Shown here in pieces: positions 35,645 to 44,432 of a stretch of 64,000 nt of DNA. The number at the start of each line of letters is the position of its first letter. Within the stretch, counting starts at the first letter, position 1. Location of the stretch: contig OZ271918.1 in the NCBI GenBank assembly GCA_965602015.1, positions 704,001-768,000 of the forward strand, in the 5' to 3' direction. Origin of the DNA: Salinispira sp. (GTDB lineage: Bacteria > Spirochaetota > Spirochaetia > DSM-27196 > Salinispiraceae). Position numbers and translations under genes: made by a program. The notes beneath the pieces are model-generated. The model was not told the origin of the DNA. It made no database searches and saw nothing but the letters and a program-made list of their open reading frames with translations.

Positions 35645-37561
35645 CTATCGTTCGAAGTAGGTGTATCCCCGCATGCTGGCGTCGTAGGCGTCGACGATGA
35701 GTTTTCGCTCCTGTACGCTTATGGCGCCCCGGCGCACCGCTTCCTCGGCCTTGTCCCTGAACCGGGTAAACACTTCTTTCGCGTCGTATTCCACATAGCT
35801 CAGCACGTCTGCCACGCTGTCGCCCATGATTTCCTTGACGATGTCATGGCTCCCGTCCTCATTGATGCGCACGGACACCACGTGGGTATCGCCCAGGAGG
35901 TTGTGGAGGTCCCCAAGGGTTTCCTGATATGCGCCCACCAGGAAAATCCCTAGGTAATATTCGTCCCCGTCCACCATTTCGTGGAGGCTCAGGGTGCTGT
36001 GCACATCGTGAATGTCGGCGAACTTGTCAATTTTGCCGTCAGAGTCGCAGGTAATGTCCCCCAAAATGCCCTTTCTGGTGGGCTTTTCGCCGTGCCGGTG
36101 CACCGGAATGATGGGGAATATCTGATCGATGGCCCAGGCGTCCGGGAGGCTTTGAAACACGCTGAAGTTGCAGTAATAGATGTCGTACAGCGCTTCTTTC
36201 AAGCCCTCGAGCTCCTTGGGAATCCGCTTGACCTTGTCCACATTTCCGGCAATGTCCTCTATGAGGGTGCGGAATATGTTTTCCCCCAGAGCCCGCTGCC
36301 GCAGGCTCACTTGTCCGATCTTGAATCGGTCACGCAGCTGATCCCGGTAGTACACCCCGTCGTTAAAGCATTCCTGCATGTTCTTGATGGTCATGTAGGA
36401 GCGGATCTCCCAGAGATTGCGGAGCATGTCGTCGCTGTCTTCCGGCAGGGCTTCGGGTAGGGGTCTCGGCTCGTTCTTGGTTACATCAAGTACATTGAAC
36501 AGCAGCACTGAGGAGTAGGCAACCGTAGCCCGGCCCGATTCGGTGAGGATTGTCGGATGGCTCACCTCCTGTTCGTCCAGAACTTCCATGAGTGCTTCTA
36601 TGATGTCTGTACAGTATTCCTGCAGGCTGTAATTTTTTGAGTGTACGAAATTTGTGCGGCTTCCGTCGTAATCCACCGCCAGCCCGCCTCCCAGGTCGAG
36701 ATTACCCATGGGTGCTCCTTCCTTCACCAGTTCGGTGTAGAAACGTGCGGTTTCCTGGACTGCGGTTCTGATATCCCGGATGTTGGGTATCTGGCTTCCC
36801 AGGTGGTAGTGGAGCAGTCTTAAGCAGTCGAGCATGGCTTCGTCCCGTAATCGGTCGATAATATCGACGATTTCCGCGGTGGTCAGCCCGAAAAGGCTGT
36901 TGTCCCCGCCGCTGTCCTGCCAGTGACCGCCAGCCCGGCTGGAGAGTTTGAGACGCACCCCGATGAGGGGCTTTATGTCCAGTTTTTTGCTTCGTTCCAG
37001 GAGTATGGGCAGCTCGCTCGGGGTTTCGATGACAAAAAAGCAGCGGTACCCCATCCGGGTGGCGTACAAGCCCAGGTCGAAAAACTCCGAGTCCTTGTAC
37101 CCGTTGCAGATAATATACCCCTCACGGGTCGAGATCATCGACAGGGCGACCATCAGCTCAGCCTTGCTGCCTGCTTCCAGGCCATGGGAGAATCGCTCGC
37201 CGAAGCGGGAGATTTCCTCGATTACCTGTTGCTGCTGATTAACCTTGATGGGAAACACTCCCCGGTACTGCCCGTTGTATCCGTTGTGCTTGATGGCCTT
37301 TGCGAAACTGTTGTTCAGAAGGCTGATTTGAGCATCCAGAAGGTTCTCAATTCTCAGAAGAACCGGCATATGGGTTCCCCGTTCGTTTAATCCGGTGATG
37401 ATGTCCAAAAGGCTGACGTCGGTGCTCTTGCCCGCACCGGGCACCCGAACGACCACCTCGCCGGATTCATTTATATCAAAATACCCGGCTCCCCATTCTT
37501 TTATGCCGTAAAGCTTTGCGGAGTCGTCGGGGTTCCATTTTTGCAATACATCGTTCTTCAT
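35645..37561 (-). CDS. speA: Biosynthetic arginine decarboxylase
   Basis: FPIKVNQ, LEAGSKAEL, HYHLGSQI, DLGGGL, ESGRA, SLPDAW and DITCDSDG. Confidence 0.95.
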   Translation of the reverse strand: MKNDVLQKWNPDDSAKLYGIKEWGAGYFDINESGEVVVRVPGAGKSTDVSLLDIITGLNERGTHMPVLLRIENLLDAQISLLNNSFAKAIKHNGYNGQYRGVFPIKVNQQQQVIEEISRFGERFSHGLEAGSKAELMVALSMISTREGYIICNGYKDSEFFDLGLYATRMGYRCFFVIETPSELPILLERSKKLDIKPLIGVRLKLSSRAGGHWQDSGGDNSLFGLTTAEIVDIIDRLRDEAMLDCLRLLHYHLGSQIPNIRDIRTAVQETARFYTELVKEGAPMGNLDLGGGLAVDYDGSRTNFVHSKNYSLQEYCTDIIEALMEVLDEQEVSHPTILTESGRATVAYSSVLLFNVLDVTKNEPRPLPEALPEDSDDMLRNLWEIRSYMTIKNMQECFNDGVYYRDQLRDRFKIGQVSLRQRALGENIFRTLIEDIAGNVDKVKRIPKELEGLKEALYDIYYCNFSVFQSLPDAWAIDQIFPIIPVHRHGEKPTRKGILGDITCDSDGKIDKFADIHDVHSTLSLHEMVDGDEYYLGIFLVGAYQETLGDLHNLLGDTHVVSVRINEDGSHDIVKEIMGDSVADVLSYVEYDAKEVFTRFRDKAEEAVRRGAISVQERKLIVDAYDASMRGYTYFER

Positions 37562-37593
37562 TTTTTTCCTGCCTGGCAATTAATGTGTTCATC

Positions 37594-37622
37594 TGTATAC
37601 GTGAAAACCGTGCTTTGTACAA
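37594..37622 (-). promoter_or_regulatory. Possible sigma70-type promoter of the polyamine operon
   Basis: Minus strand TTGTAC-17 nt-TATACA upstream of speA; pattern match only. Confidence 0.3.
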
Positions 37623-37679
37623 TGATGTCCCCGATGCCCCGGGCCGAAACCGGGCAACAGATGGATACGCCGCGCGGTA

Positions 37680-38420
37680 CTAAAAATCGTCGATCTCGGT
37701 TTGAAGGGTCTTCCGGATAAATTGGTAAATTTTGCCCTTGGTTTCCCTGCTGATGTCTGTGAACAGGATCACGTAGATCTCTTCTCCGGTATCCTGGCTT
37801 CGGCGTCCCATCACTTTTCCGCCGGCGTGAAGAATAGCTCCCCGCAGGGATACCTGCATATCGATAAATTCCGTGCCGGTTTCCGCGAAACGGTCCAGGG
37901 TGCATGCGAAGCCCGCCGAACTCACATCGAGCAGGGTTCCCCTGATTGAACCGGTGACGTCCTTGATATTTATGCTGGTTTTGCCCACCGGGCACTTCAC
38001 CCTGACGTATTTCCGGTCTCCCTTCGCCTCATTGGCCATGAGGGCCTTCATGACGATTTTTGTGCTGTCCATGAGGCCGAGCTTCAGCTGGATAAAACCG
38101 CATTGGACGCCGATGTCTATCAGGTATTTTTGAGCAAGGGCTGAGTCGCTGTTATAAACCATAATGCCCACTGCAGTGCGGTGTTTCGAGAAGCCCTGAA
38201 TGATGTTGCGAACCATCACCTCCCACTCGTCCTCCTTGAGATGGTCCTCGATATTAATAAACAGGATTGAATCGGTAAAATTGTGAATGAGCTGCATGGC
38301 CTTTTGGTGATCATTGAGGGTAGCCACTTCAAACTCGGACTGAATGAGCAGATCGATCATCTGACCGGAAACCACCGAATGGGGGTAGAGAAACAGCACC
38401 TTCTTTGCAACGCTTCGCAT
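37680..38420 (-). CDS. PilZ domain protein with a degenerate receiver-like N-terminus
   Basis: RKYVR (RxxxR) and DVSSAG (DxSxxG) c-di-GMP-binding motifs are intact. Confidence 0.85.
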   Translation of the reverse strand: MRSVAKKVLFLYPHSVVSGQMIDLLIQSEFEVATLNDHQKAMQLIHNFTDSILFINIEDHLKEDEWEVMVRNIIQGFSKHRTAVGIMVYNSDSALAQKYLIDIGVQCGFIQLKLGLMDSTKIVMKALMANEAKGDRKYVRVKCPVGKTSINIKDVTGSIRGTLLDVSSAGFACTLDRFAETGTEFIDMQVSLRGAILHAGGKVMGRRSQDTGEEIYVILFTDISRETKGKIYQFIRKTLQTEIDDF

Positions 38421-38569
38421 AGCCCCAGTATAAGAGAGCGGAAGGTCCTTTGCACGGCAAACATCGCATCCCCGCCGCTAAACCGCGGAAAAATAATTTG
38501 TAAATTCCTGCTCTGTATTACTTTATTTCTGCCCTCCACTCCACTAAGGTATATAACGGAGGTTCCGCC

Positions 38570-40138
38570 GTGCAGCATAATCTGATCATTGACGAACTGG
38601 TTCGCACCACAAACGTGCTCAGCCAGGATATGAGCCGACGCTCGGTGAGCCGTTCGCTGGTCGAGCAGGCGCTGGATGTCACCCGGGCCGACCTGGCCGC
38701 CCTCTATGTTATCAACCCCCGGGATGAGGACGATGACGTGCTTCCCCTTCTGCACAAGCGGGGACGCTATCCCGTGCCGTCCGAGCTTGAAAAGGAGAGG
38801 GAGTCCATTGAGTTCATCCTGGATTGCGGAAACTCTCTCGTCGTAAATCAGCCGGATGCGGAGTTTTTTGCCGACGTCTATCTGCATCCCGACATGAAAT
38901 CCGCCATGGTGGTGCCCCTGCTCAACCAAAAGGTCCTTTTGGGGGTGCTGTATATAAATGCCCGGGAAGAGAATCATTTCGGGGCGAGCCGGCTTTCCTT
39001 CATCGATTCGTTCAGCCGGATGGCGAGCGGGCTGTTGAGAAATATCGATCTCTTCCAGGAGGTCAAGGATCAGCTCAAGAAGATCGAGAGTCTTCACCGT
39101 TACCAGACCAGCGTTTTCAATTCCATGACCAATTTGCTGGTAACCCTGGATGAAAACGGAAACATCCGGTATTTCAATCCCACTGCGGCCGAACGATTCG
39201 GCCTTGCCGAGGATGACGTGGACAAACCGGCGGATGAGCTGTTTATCAAGGGCCTGGGGAAAAAGGCCGCGAATCACATCGTAAAGGTTCGGGAAACCGG
39301 AAAGATCATCATGGGGCTCGAGGGGATTTATCAGGCTTCGGAAGGCGAAATGGATTACTCCCTCAATATCGCTCCCATTCTCACCACCCGGGGCAAAAAC
39401 GAAGGCCTGACCCTTTTGTTTTCCGATCAGACCAGGGAGCGGGAGCTCAAAAGCCAGATGGAATCCGCCGTGGAAGACCGCAGGATAGTCAAGGATATGT
39501 TCAGTCGTTACCTCTCCAGCGACATTGTTCATCAGTTGATGGAAAATCCGGAATTTGCCAGCCTCGGCGGCGCAAAGAAGGACGCGACGATTTTCTTCGC
39601 GGATATTTGCGGCTACACATCCTTCAGCGAGGGCAAGGAACCGGAGTACATCGTCGAGGTGCTCAACGAGTTTTTCTCTGTGGCGTTGGAAGTGGTGATC
39701 AAGTACCAGGGCTACATCGACAAGCTCATCGGTGACTGCATCATGGCGGCCTTCGGCGTTCCGGTGCCCAACGGACTTTCCGATGCGGTCAATGCGGTTA
39801 CCTGCGCCGTTGAAATGCAGGCGATGGTTAAGGACAAGCAGCGGCAATTTTTTCAGGGCGAAGCCAAGCACCTGAAGGTGAGCATCGGTATGAACACCGG
39901 ACCGGTGGTTGTTGGTAACCTGGGCAGCAGCCGTCGAATGGACTACTCGGTCATCAGCGATACGGTGAACACCGCCGCCCGCCTGGAAGGCGTGGCCGGA
40001 GCAAACGATATAATCATCTCAGCGGCGACACGAGACGCCGTGGGGGACCGTTTTAAAATTAAGGAACTGCCACCGGTTAAGGTAAAAGGCAAGGTCAAAC
40101 CGGTGCCGATATTCAACGTCCTCGGCATTCGCAATTAA
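38570..40138 (+). CDS. Class III adenylate cyclase with GAF and PAS domains
   Basis: FFADICGYT, DKLIGDCIMA (Lys points to ATP specificity), GMNTGPVVVG and DTVNTAARLE. Confidence 0.92.
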   Translation: MQHNLIIDELVRTTNVLSQDMSRRSVSRSLVEQALDVTRADLAALYVINPRDEDDDVLPLLHKRGRYPVPSELEKERESIEFILDCGNSLVVNQPDAEFFADVYLHPDMKSAMVVPLLNQKVLLGVLYINAREENHFGASRLSFIDSFSRMASGLLRNIDLFQEVKDQLKKIESLHRYQTSVFNSMTNLLVTLDENGNIRYFNPTAAERFGLAEDDVDKPADELFIKGLGKKAANHIVKVRETGKIIMGLEGIYQASEGEMDYSLNIAPILTTRGKNEGLTLLFSDQTRERELKSQMESAVEDRRIVKDMFSRYLSSDIVHQLMENPEFASLGGAKKDATIFFADICGYTSFSEGKEPEYIVEVLNEFFSVALEVVIKYQGYIDKLIGDCIMAAFGVPVPNGLSDAVNAVTCAVEMQAMVKDKQRQFFQGEAKHLKVSIGMNTGPVVVGNLGSSRRMDYSVISDTVNTAARLEGVAGANDIIISAATRDAVGDRFKIKELPPVKVKGKVKPVPIFNVLGIRN

Positions 40139-40149
40139 AGGGAGAAACT

Positions 40150-42714
40150 ATGCCGGAATTCATGTATCAGCTAAACAGCGTGCCCATGTGGGTATACATC
40201 GGCGGAGCTGCGCTCATAGCGGCCATCCTTCTCGCAGTGGTAATCAGCGAGATTCTTAAAAGCCGGCGCTTCCGTCGGGAACTCGAATCGGCCCTGGAGA
40301 GCGGCGAAAATTTTAATCAGCTGTTCAGCAGCGCATATATCAAGGCGAAAAAACGTGCGCTTATCAAGATTGCCAGGGAGCGAAAGGATGCCAGGGTCAT
40401 ACGGCTTTCGGGTCTCAACAGCATTTGGCTCGCTCAGTTTCTCCAGCGCCCCCGGGAAGGGCTGTTGAGGCTCATGCTTGAGTTCATTCCCGAAGAAGTG
40501 CTGTTCCAAGCGCTGCAGGCTTCCCTGGGTAAAACATCGCTGCTGCGGCTGATCGGCGAATCGGCGGAGCAGCACGGTATGAGGGTCTTTGCCCGGTCGT
40601 GCAACGGCGACGAGTTTGACGGCGAGGCGAATCTCGAGTTCTTCCGGGATAAAATTGATGAGATCCGGGAGATTGCCGGCGACCCCGAGTGGCAGGCCCG
40701 GTACTACTCAATTTCTGTTCTCCTGAAGGACGGCTCGGACCGCTCCTTGAGGCCGGTCCTTGACGCCTTTTCCGATCCCCATCCGCTTATTCGCCGGACG
40801 GTAATTCTGCAGATCGGACAGGAAAAGGTCGACGATCTTTATCAGCGACTTGAGAGCTCGCTTATTCATGATGCGGCATTTGAGGTCCGCTCGGCGGCAT
40901 GGCAGCGCATTCAGCGGGAATTTCTCGATAGCTACCATGTAGACCTGTCCAAGATGAACAGCGTTGAGGCCTACCATGTTCTCGATTTCCTCGATGCCCG
41001 GCGGGACGATCATGTGAATTTGGCCATCGGCCTGCTGGAAGGATCGAACCTCGAACTGCGCCATCCCGCCGCCGTTTTTCTCGGCCATAGCGGCTGGCTA
41101 TTAAAAACCCTCAATGAGGCGGAACTCAATGATCAGAAAGATTTGGACCGCCGCCTGGCGCTATTGAGCGCATCCGCCGAAGTTCAGGTTTGCGATTTTC
41201 TGCTCCACACCGCTCCCCGGCCGGCGAGCATTCTGCTGTCACTGATGCTGCTGGAGAAATATGCGGACCGGAGCCAGATTCCCCCGCTGGTCGAACGGGC
41301 GTTTAACCAGTTCAATGGAGACGAGCATCGTATTTGGGAAGAGGCCGTCAGGCTTCTCAACCTCAGGGAAACCGACAGCGGCAACGCCCTGTTGATCAAG
41401 GAGCTGGACCGTCACCGGTACAACAGGAAAAAGGCCGCGTTTATCCTGAAGGAGCTGCGAATTGTCGAGGACCGGCGGATGGCCGAACTGCTTATGAGCC
41501 TTCTTATGGACGAGCGTTTTGAATCCCGGGACGAACTGGTGGAGGCCCTGAGCAGATTCAAGGTAGCCGTGACCCTACCGGAACTCAAGCAAATCCTCAA
41601 ATCCGGGCGGGAGGAGTACTCCCATATCATCAGGATTACCGCCCTACGGATAATCGCTTCCTACAAGCTACCCTACCTGGTTCAGATGATTCTCGAGCAA
41701 CTGCCCACCCTGCCCTTGGAGGAAGCCCGGGATTTCGCCAAAATCCTGCAGGAGTATTCGGGAAAAGATTTCTCCGAACGGGTTGACGATCTCATCGCTC
41801 AGCCCGACGGTAAAATCCGCTCTGCGGTCATCGCCTCAATTCCCCTGGATGAGAAAAAGCGGGTTATCAAGGAAATACGAAAGGCAATAAAGGATGCCGA
41901 ACCCGACGTGCGTATTGCCGCCGTATGGGCTCTTATCGAAGTTGAGGAAACCCGTACCATCAATCAAAGCCTCGATCTGCTCAGGGATCCGGTTTCCCGG
42001 GTCCGCGAAGCGGCAGCCAGGGCAATTGGAACCTACGGTTCTGATTCCAGCGTTGAAAGTCTGTTTGCCATTGTGAAGGATTCGAACGAGGTGCTCAGCG
42101 TGAAACGGGCGGGAATTGCCGGGCTGGGAGCGTCGGATTCACCGAAGGCACTGGAGCTTCTGGTAAGCCTGCTCGGCGACGTGGAAGACGATGATGAAAT
42201 TCTCGGCGATATTCAGAATGCCATTGCCTGGTCGCCGGATGCCAAGAGGATCGGCCTTCTCTTGGAGCATATGAAGGATGCGGAGGCCGATCTCAGGGAC
42301 CGAATCGTCAATATTTTTGTGATGCTCGGTCAGGACATCGAGTCAGCCGTCCGCGAACTCTTGGAAGAAGACCTGGCGACCCTCAAACCGTACTTGATAG
42401 AGATACTCGACCGGACGGGATTCATCGAGCTGATGATTCGGCGACTGAGCAACCGGGATCCGCGGATCAGGAGGGCCAGCGCCGATTTCCTGGCAAAGGT
42501 GGGGAGTCATTCCAGCTTCAGGGGAATTATTCTCGCCGCCAGGGATCCCGACGAGGAGGTCCGGGTTCAGGTGACCAAGGCCCTTGAGTATCTGCAGAGC
42601 AAGGAAGGGGTTGAAATCCTGGGCAAGCTCAAGGAGGATCCCGAGCGCCGGGTGCGCAAATATACCGCTTGGGCGATACAGCGCATCACCGCACGGGAAA
42701 TCGAGGACAAATAG
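40150..42714 (+). CDS. Membrane-anchored HEAT-repeat protein
   Basis: One N-terminal TM helix; repeated D-x-x-x-x-VR-x-x-A motifs (DPEWQAR, DAEPDVR, DPVSRVR, DPDEEVR). Confidence 0.88.
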   Translation: MPEFMYQLNSVPMWVYIGGAALIAAILLAVVISEILKSRRFRRELESALESGENFNQLFSSAYIKAKKRALIKIARERKDARVIRLSGLNSIWLAQFLQRPREGLLRLMLEFIPEEVLFQALQASLGKTSLLRLIGESAEQHGMRVFARSCNGDEFDGEANLEFFRDKIDEIREIAGDPEWQARYYSISVLLKDGSDRSLRPVLDAFSDPHPLIRRTVILQIGQEKVDDLYQRLESSLIHDAAFEVRSAAWQRIQREFLDSYHVDLSKMNSVEAYHVLDFLDARRDDHVNLAIGLLEGSNLELRHPAAVFLGHSGWLLKTLNEAELNDQKDLDRRLALLSASAEVQVCDFLLHTAPRPASILLSLMLLEKYADRSQIPPLVERAFNQFNGDEHRIWEEAVRLLNLRETDSGNALLIKELDRHRYNRKKAAFILKELRIVEDRRMAELLMSLLMDERFESRDELVEALSRFKVAVTLPELKQILKSGREEYSHIIRITALRIIASYKLPYLVQMILEQLPTLPLEEARDFAKILQEYSGKDFSERVDDLIAQPDGKIRSAVIASIPLDEKKRVIKEIRKAIKDAEPDVRIAAVWALIEVEETRTINQSLDLLRDPVSRVREAAARAIGTYGSDSSVESLFAIVKDSNEVLSVKRAGIAGLGASDSPKALELLVSLLGDVEDDDEILGDIQNAIAWSPDAKRIGLLLEHMKDAEADLRDRIVNIFVMLGQDIESAVRELLEEDLATLKPYLIEILDRTGFIELMIRRLSNRDPRIRRASADFLAKVGSHSSFRGIILAARDPDEEVRVQVTKALEYLQSKEGVEILGKLKEDPERRVRKYTAWAIQRITAREIEDK

Positions 42715-42781
42715 CTTCCGCCGCCGGTCATTTCCCGCGGGATTAATGGCCCCGTCATTCACCGCTGCAGGTAAGTGGTGT

Positions 42782-44419
42782 ATGATGGAAGAAGATATGA
42801 GCGATGCGTTGAATCCGGATCCTCCCGCCGCCGATGAGGGCGGCGGGAATCCCGTACATAACCAAAAGGATATCCTGAGAAACCGCAGACATTTGAAGCG
42901 CGGCATTGCCGCGAATTCATTGATGAATTATATGCTCTATGATTTCTGGAAGTTGCGGAAGTACGGGCATCAGACCGGGCTCATAGAATCCCACCTGTTC
43001 TTTCGCCTCAGCATGGCTACGGGATTGGGAGAACGCCTCGAACGATCCATAAATCAGGAGATTGTCATCCCCCTGGCTGCCAGGCTCGACATCATTCTGG
43101 AACGGGGGTGGCTCTACCTCAATAAATGGGATTACAACCTCATCGCGCTTTTACGGAGTCTCTGCCGGGAAGTGGATAAAACCGGTTTTATGAAGCTGAA
43201 TGTTTCCTCCCGCAATGCCGCCGAGCTATTCCGCAATGTGGAGCCCCACTTTCTGGTGTTTTACCACAGGCCCCAAATTGTTAAGTCCCTTCTGGATATT
43301 CTCAGCTATGCCCACGACAACATGGAGCAGGTGAAGTTCGCGTACCGGGAAACCCGGATTCTGGTCGAACGCCTGCTGCTGTTCGGCGTCGCCCGTCCCT
43401 CGCTTGCCCAGGTCATCCTCTCGGCCAACATGGTAGTCAGCCGGCGGTACATAAGCATGACCGATCTCATCGAGAATGTGGAGGAACCGCTGATTTCCGA
43501 TCAGCATTACGATGTGGATGAGCGCATTCACGGGGAGATCTACCGATATCTCGACGATCTGGATAAAAAACTCGCGGCCCAATACGGCGGTTATCAGCAG
43601 ATGTCCGGCCTGCGGTATTTTTTTCCCCGTCTCGATTCCCAGACTCCGGACATCGGCGGCCTCCAAACCTTTCTCACCAGGAAAATAGGTCCGGAGCGAA
43701 AGACCGCCTATGCGGAAATGTATTCCAACCTGCCGAGCTATGTTATCGATTTCACCAATGCATGGATTAAGGCCTTCGAAACCCTCCTGTGCAGGCAGCC
43801 GCTGATCGAGCAGAAGGGGCCGGTTCACCTGTTTTCTCCCGCCCTGTTCTCCGATTATTTCAGCAAACTGAAGTACAACGTCGATCAGATCGAACGGCTT
43901 CGGACCCAGCTTCCCTTCTTTCAGATTCGCCGCTACCTCGACCTGACGAATAAGGGCGGGCGAAGCAGCTCCTACGGTGAAAAAGCGAACAAGGCCGAGA
44001 CTCAGCTTTTGAATTTCCTCGATGATAATATCAACCTGTTTAGAAGCCTCAAGGACATCCTGTACAGGCTGGCGGTGGGATTCGCCGCCGGCGGTGAGAA
44101 TCACAAAGACAACCGGATCGAGGGGGAGGATAACCGGGGGCTGCCGACGGGAAACCAGGAGATATTCCGATACGCCGAACGCAGAATCCTCGCCGACGGC
44201 TGGGTGAACGGCTTGACGGTAAAGGAAGCAGTCCGGAATGTTATCGTGCTCATCAATCTGTATCTTTACGAACTCCATGAAGATAACGTCGTAGCGGAAC
44301 TTGAAGACGAGACAAAGATGCGGGCCGTCATTTCCAATCTTATCCAGCTCGCCGAACGTATTGCCAATCCGGACCAGATTCAGCGGATCAGGCGTAAATA
44401 TCCCCTGGAGGAGAAGTAG
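42782..44419 (+). CDS. Hypothetical helical cytoplasmic protein (~545 aa)
   Basis: Long ORF in operon orientation with protein-like composition; start uncertain (42782, 42785 or 42797). Confidence 0.75.
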   Translation: MMEEDMSDALNPDPPAADEGGGNPVHNQKDILRNRRHLKRGIAANSLMNYMLYDFWKLRKYGHQTGLIESHLFFRLSMATGLGERLERSINQEIVIPLAARLDIILERGWLYLNKWDYNLIALLRSLCREVDKTGFMKLNVSSRNAAELFRNVEPHFLVFYHRPQIVKSLLDILSYAHDNMEQVKFAYRETRILVERLLLFGVARPSLAQVILSANMVVSRRYISMTDLIENVEEPLISDQHYDVDERIHGEIYRYLDDLDKKLAAQYGGYQQMSGLRYFFPRLDSQTPDIGGLQTFLTRKIGPERKTAYAEMYSNLPSYVIDFTNAWIKAFETLLCRQPLIEQKGPVHLFSPALFSDYFSKLKYNVDQIERLRTQLPFFQIRRYLDLTNKGGRSSSYGEKANKAETQLLNFLDDNINLFRSLKDILYRLAVGFAAGGENHKDNRIEGEDNRGLPTGNQEIFRYAERRILADGWVNGLTVKEAVRNVIVLINLYLYELHEDNVVAELEDETKMRAVISNLIQLAERIANPDQIQRIRRKYPLEEK

Positions 44420-44432
44420 GATTGAAACAGTT

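Noticed and set aside
38357..39871. 504-aa antisense ORF; similarly 6965-8182, 28143-29333, 34366-35700 and 43226-44566
   Set aside because: Shadow frames opposite well-supported genes; expected from GC-rich codon bias, with no recognisable motifs.
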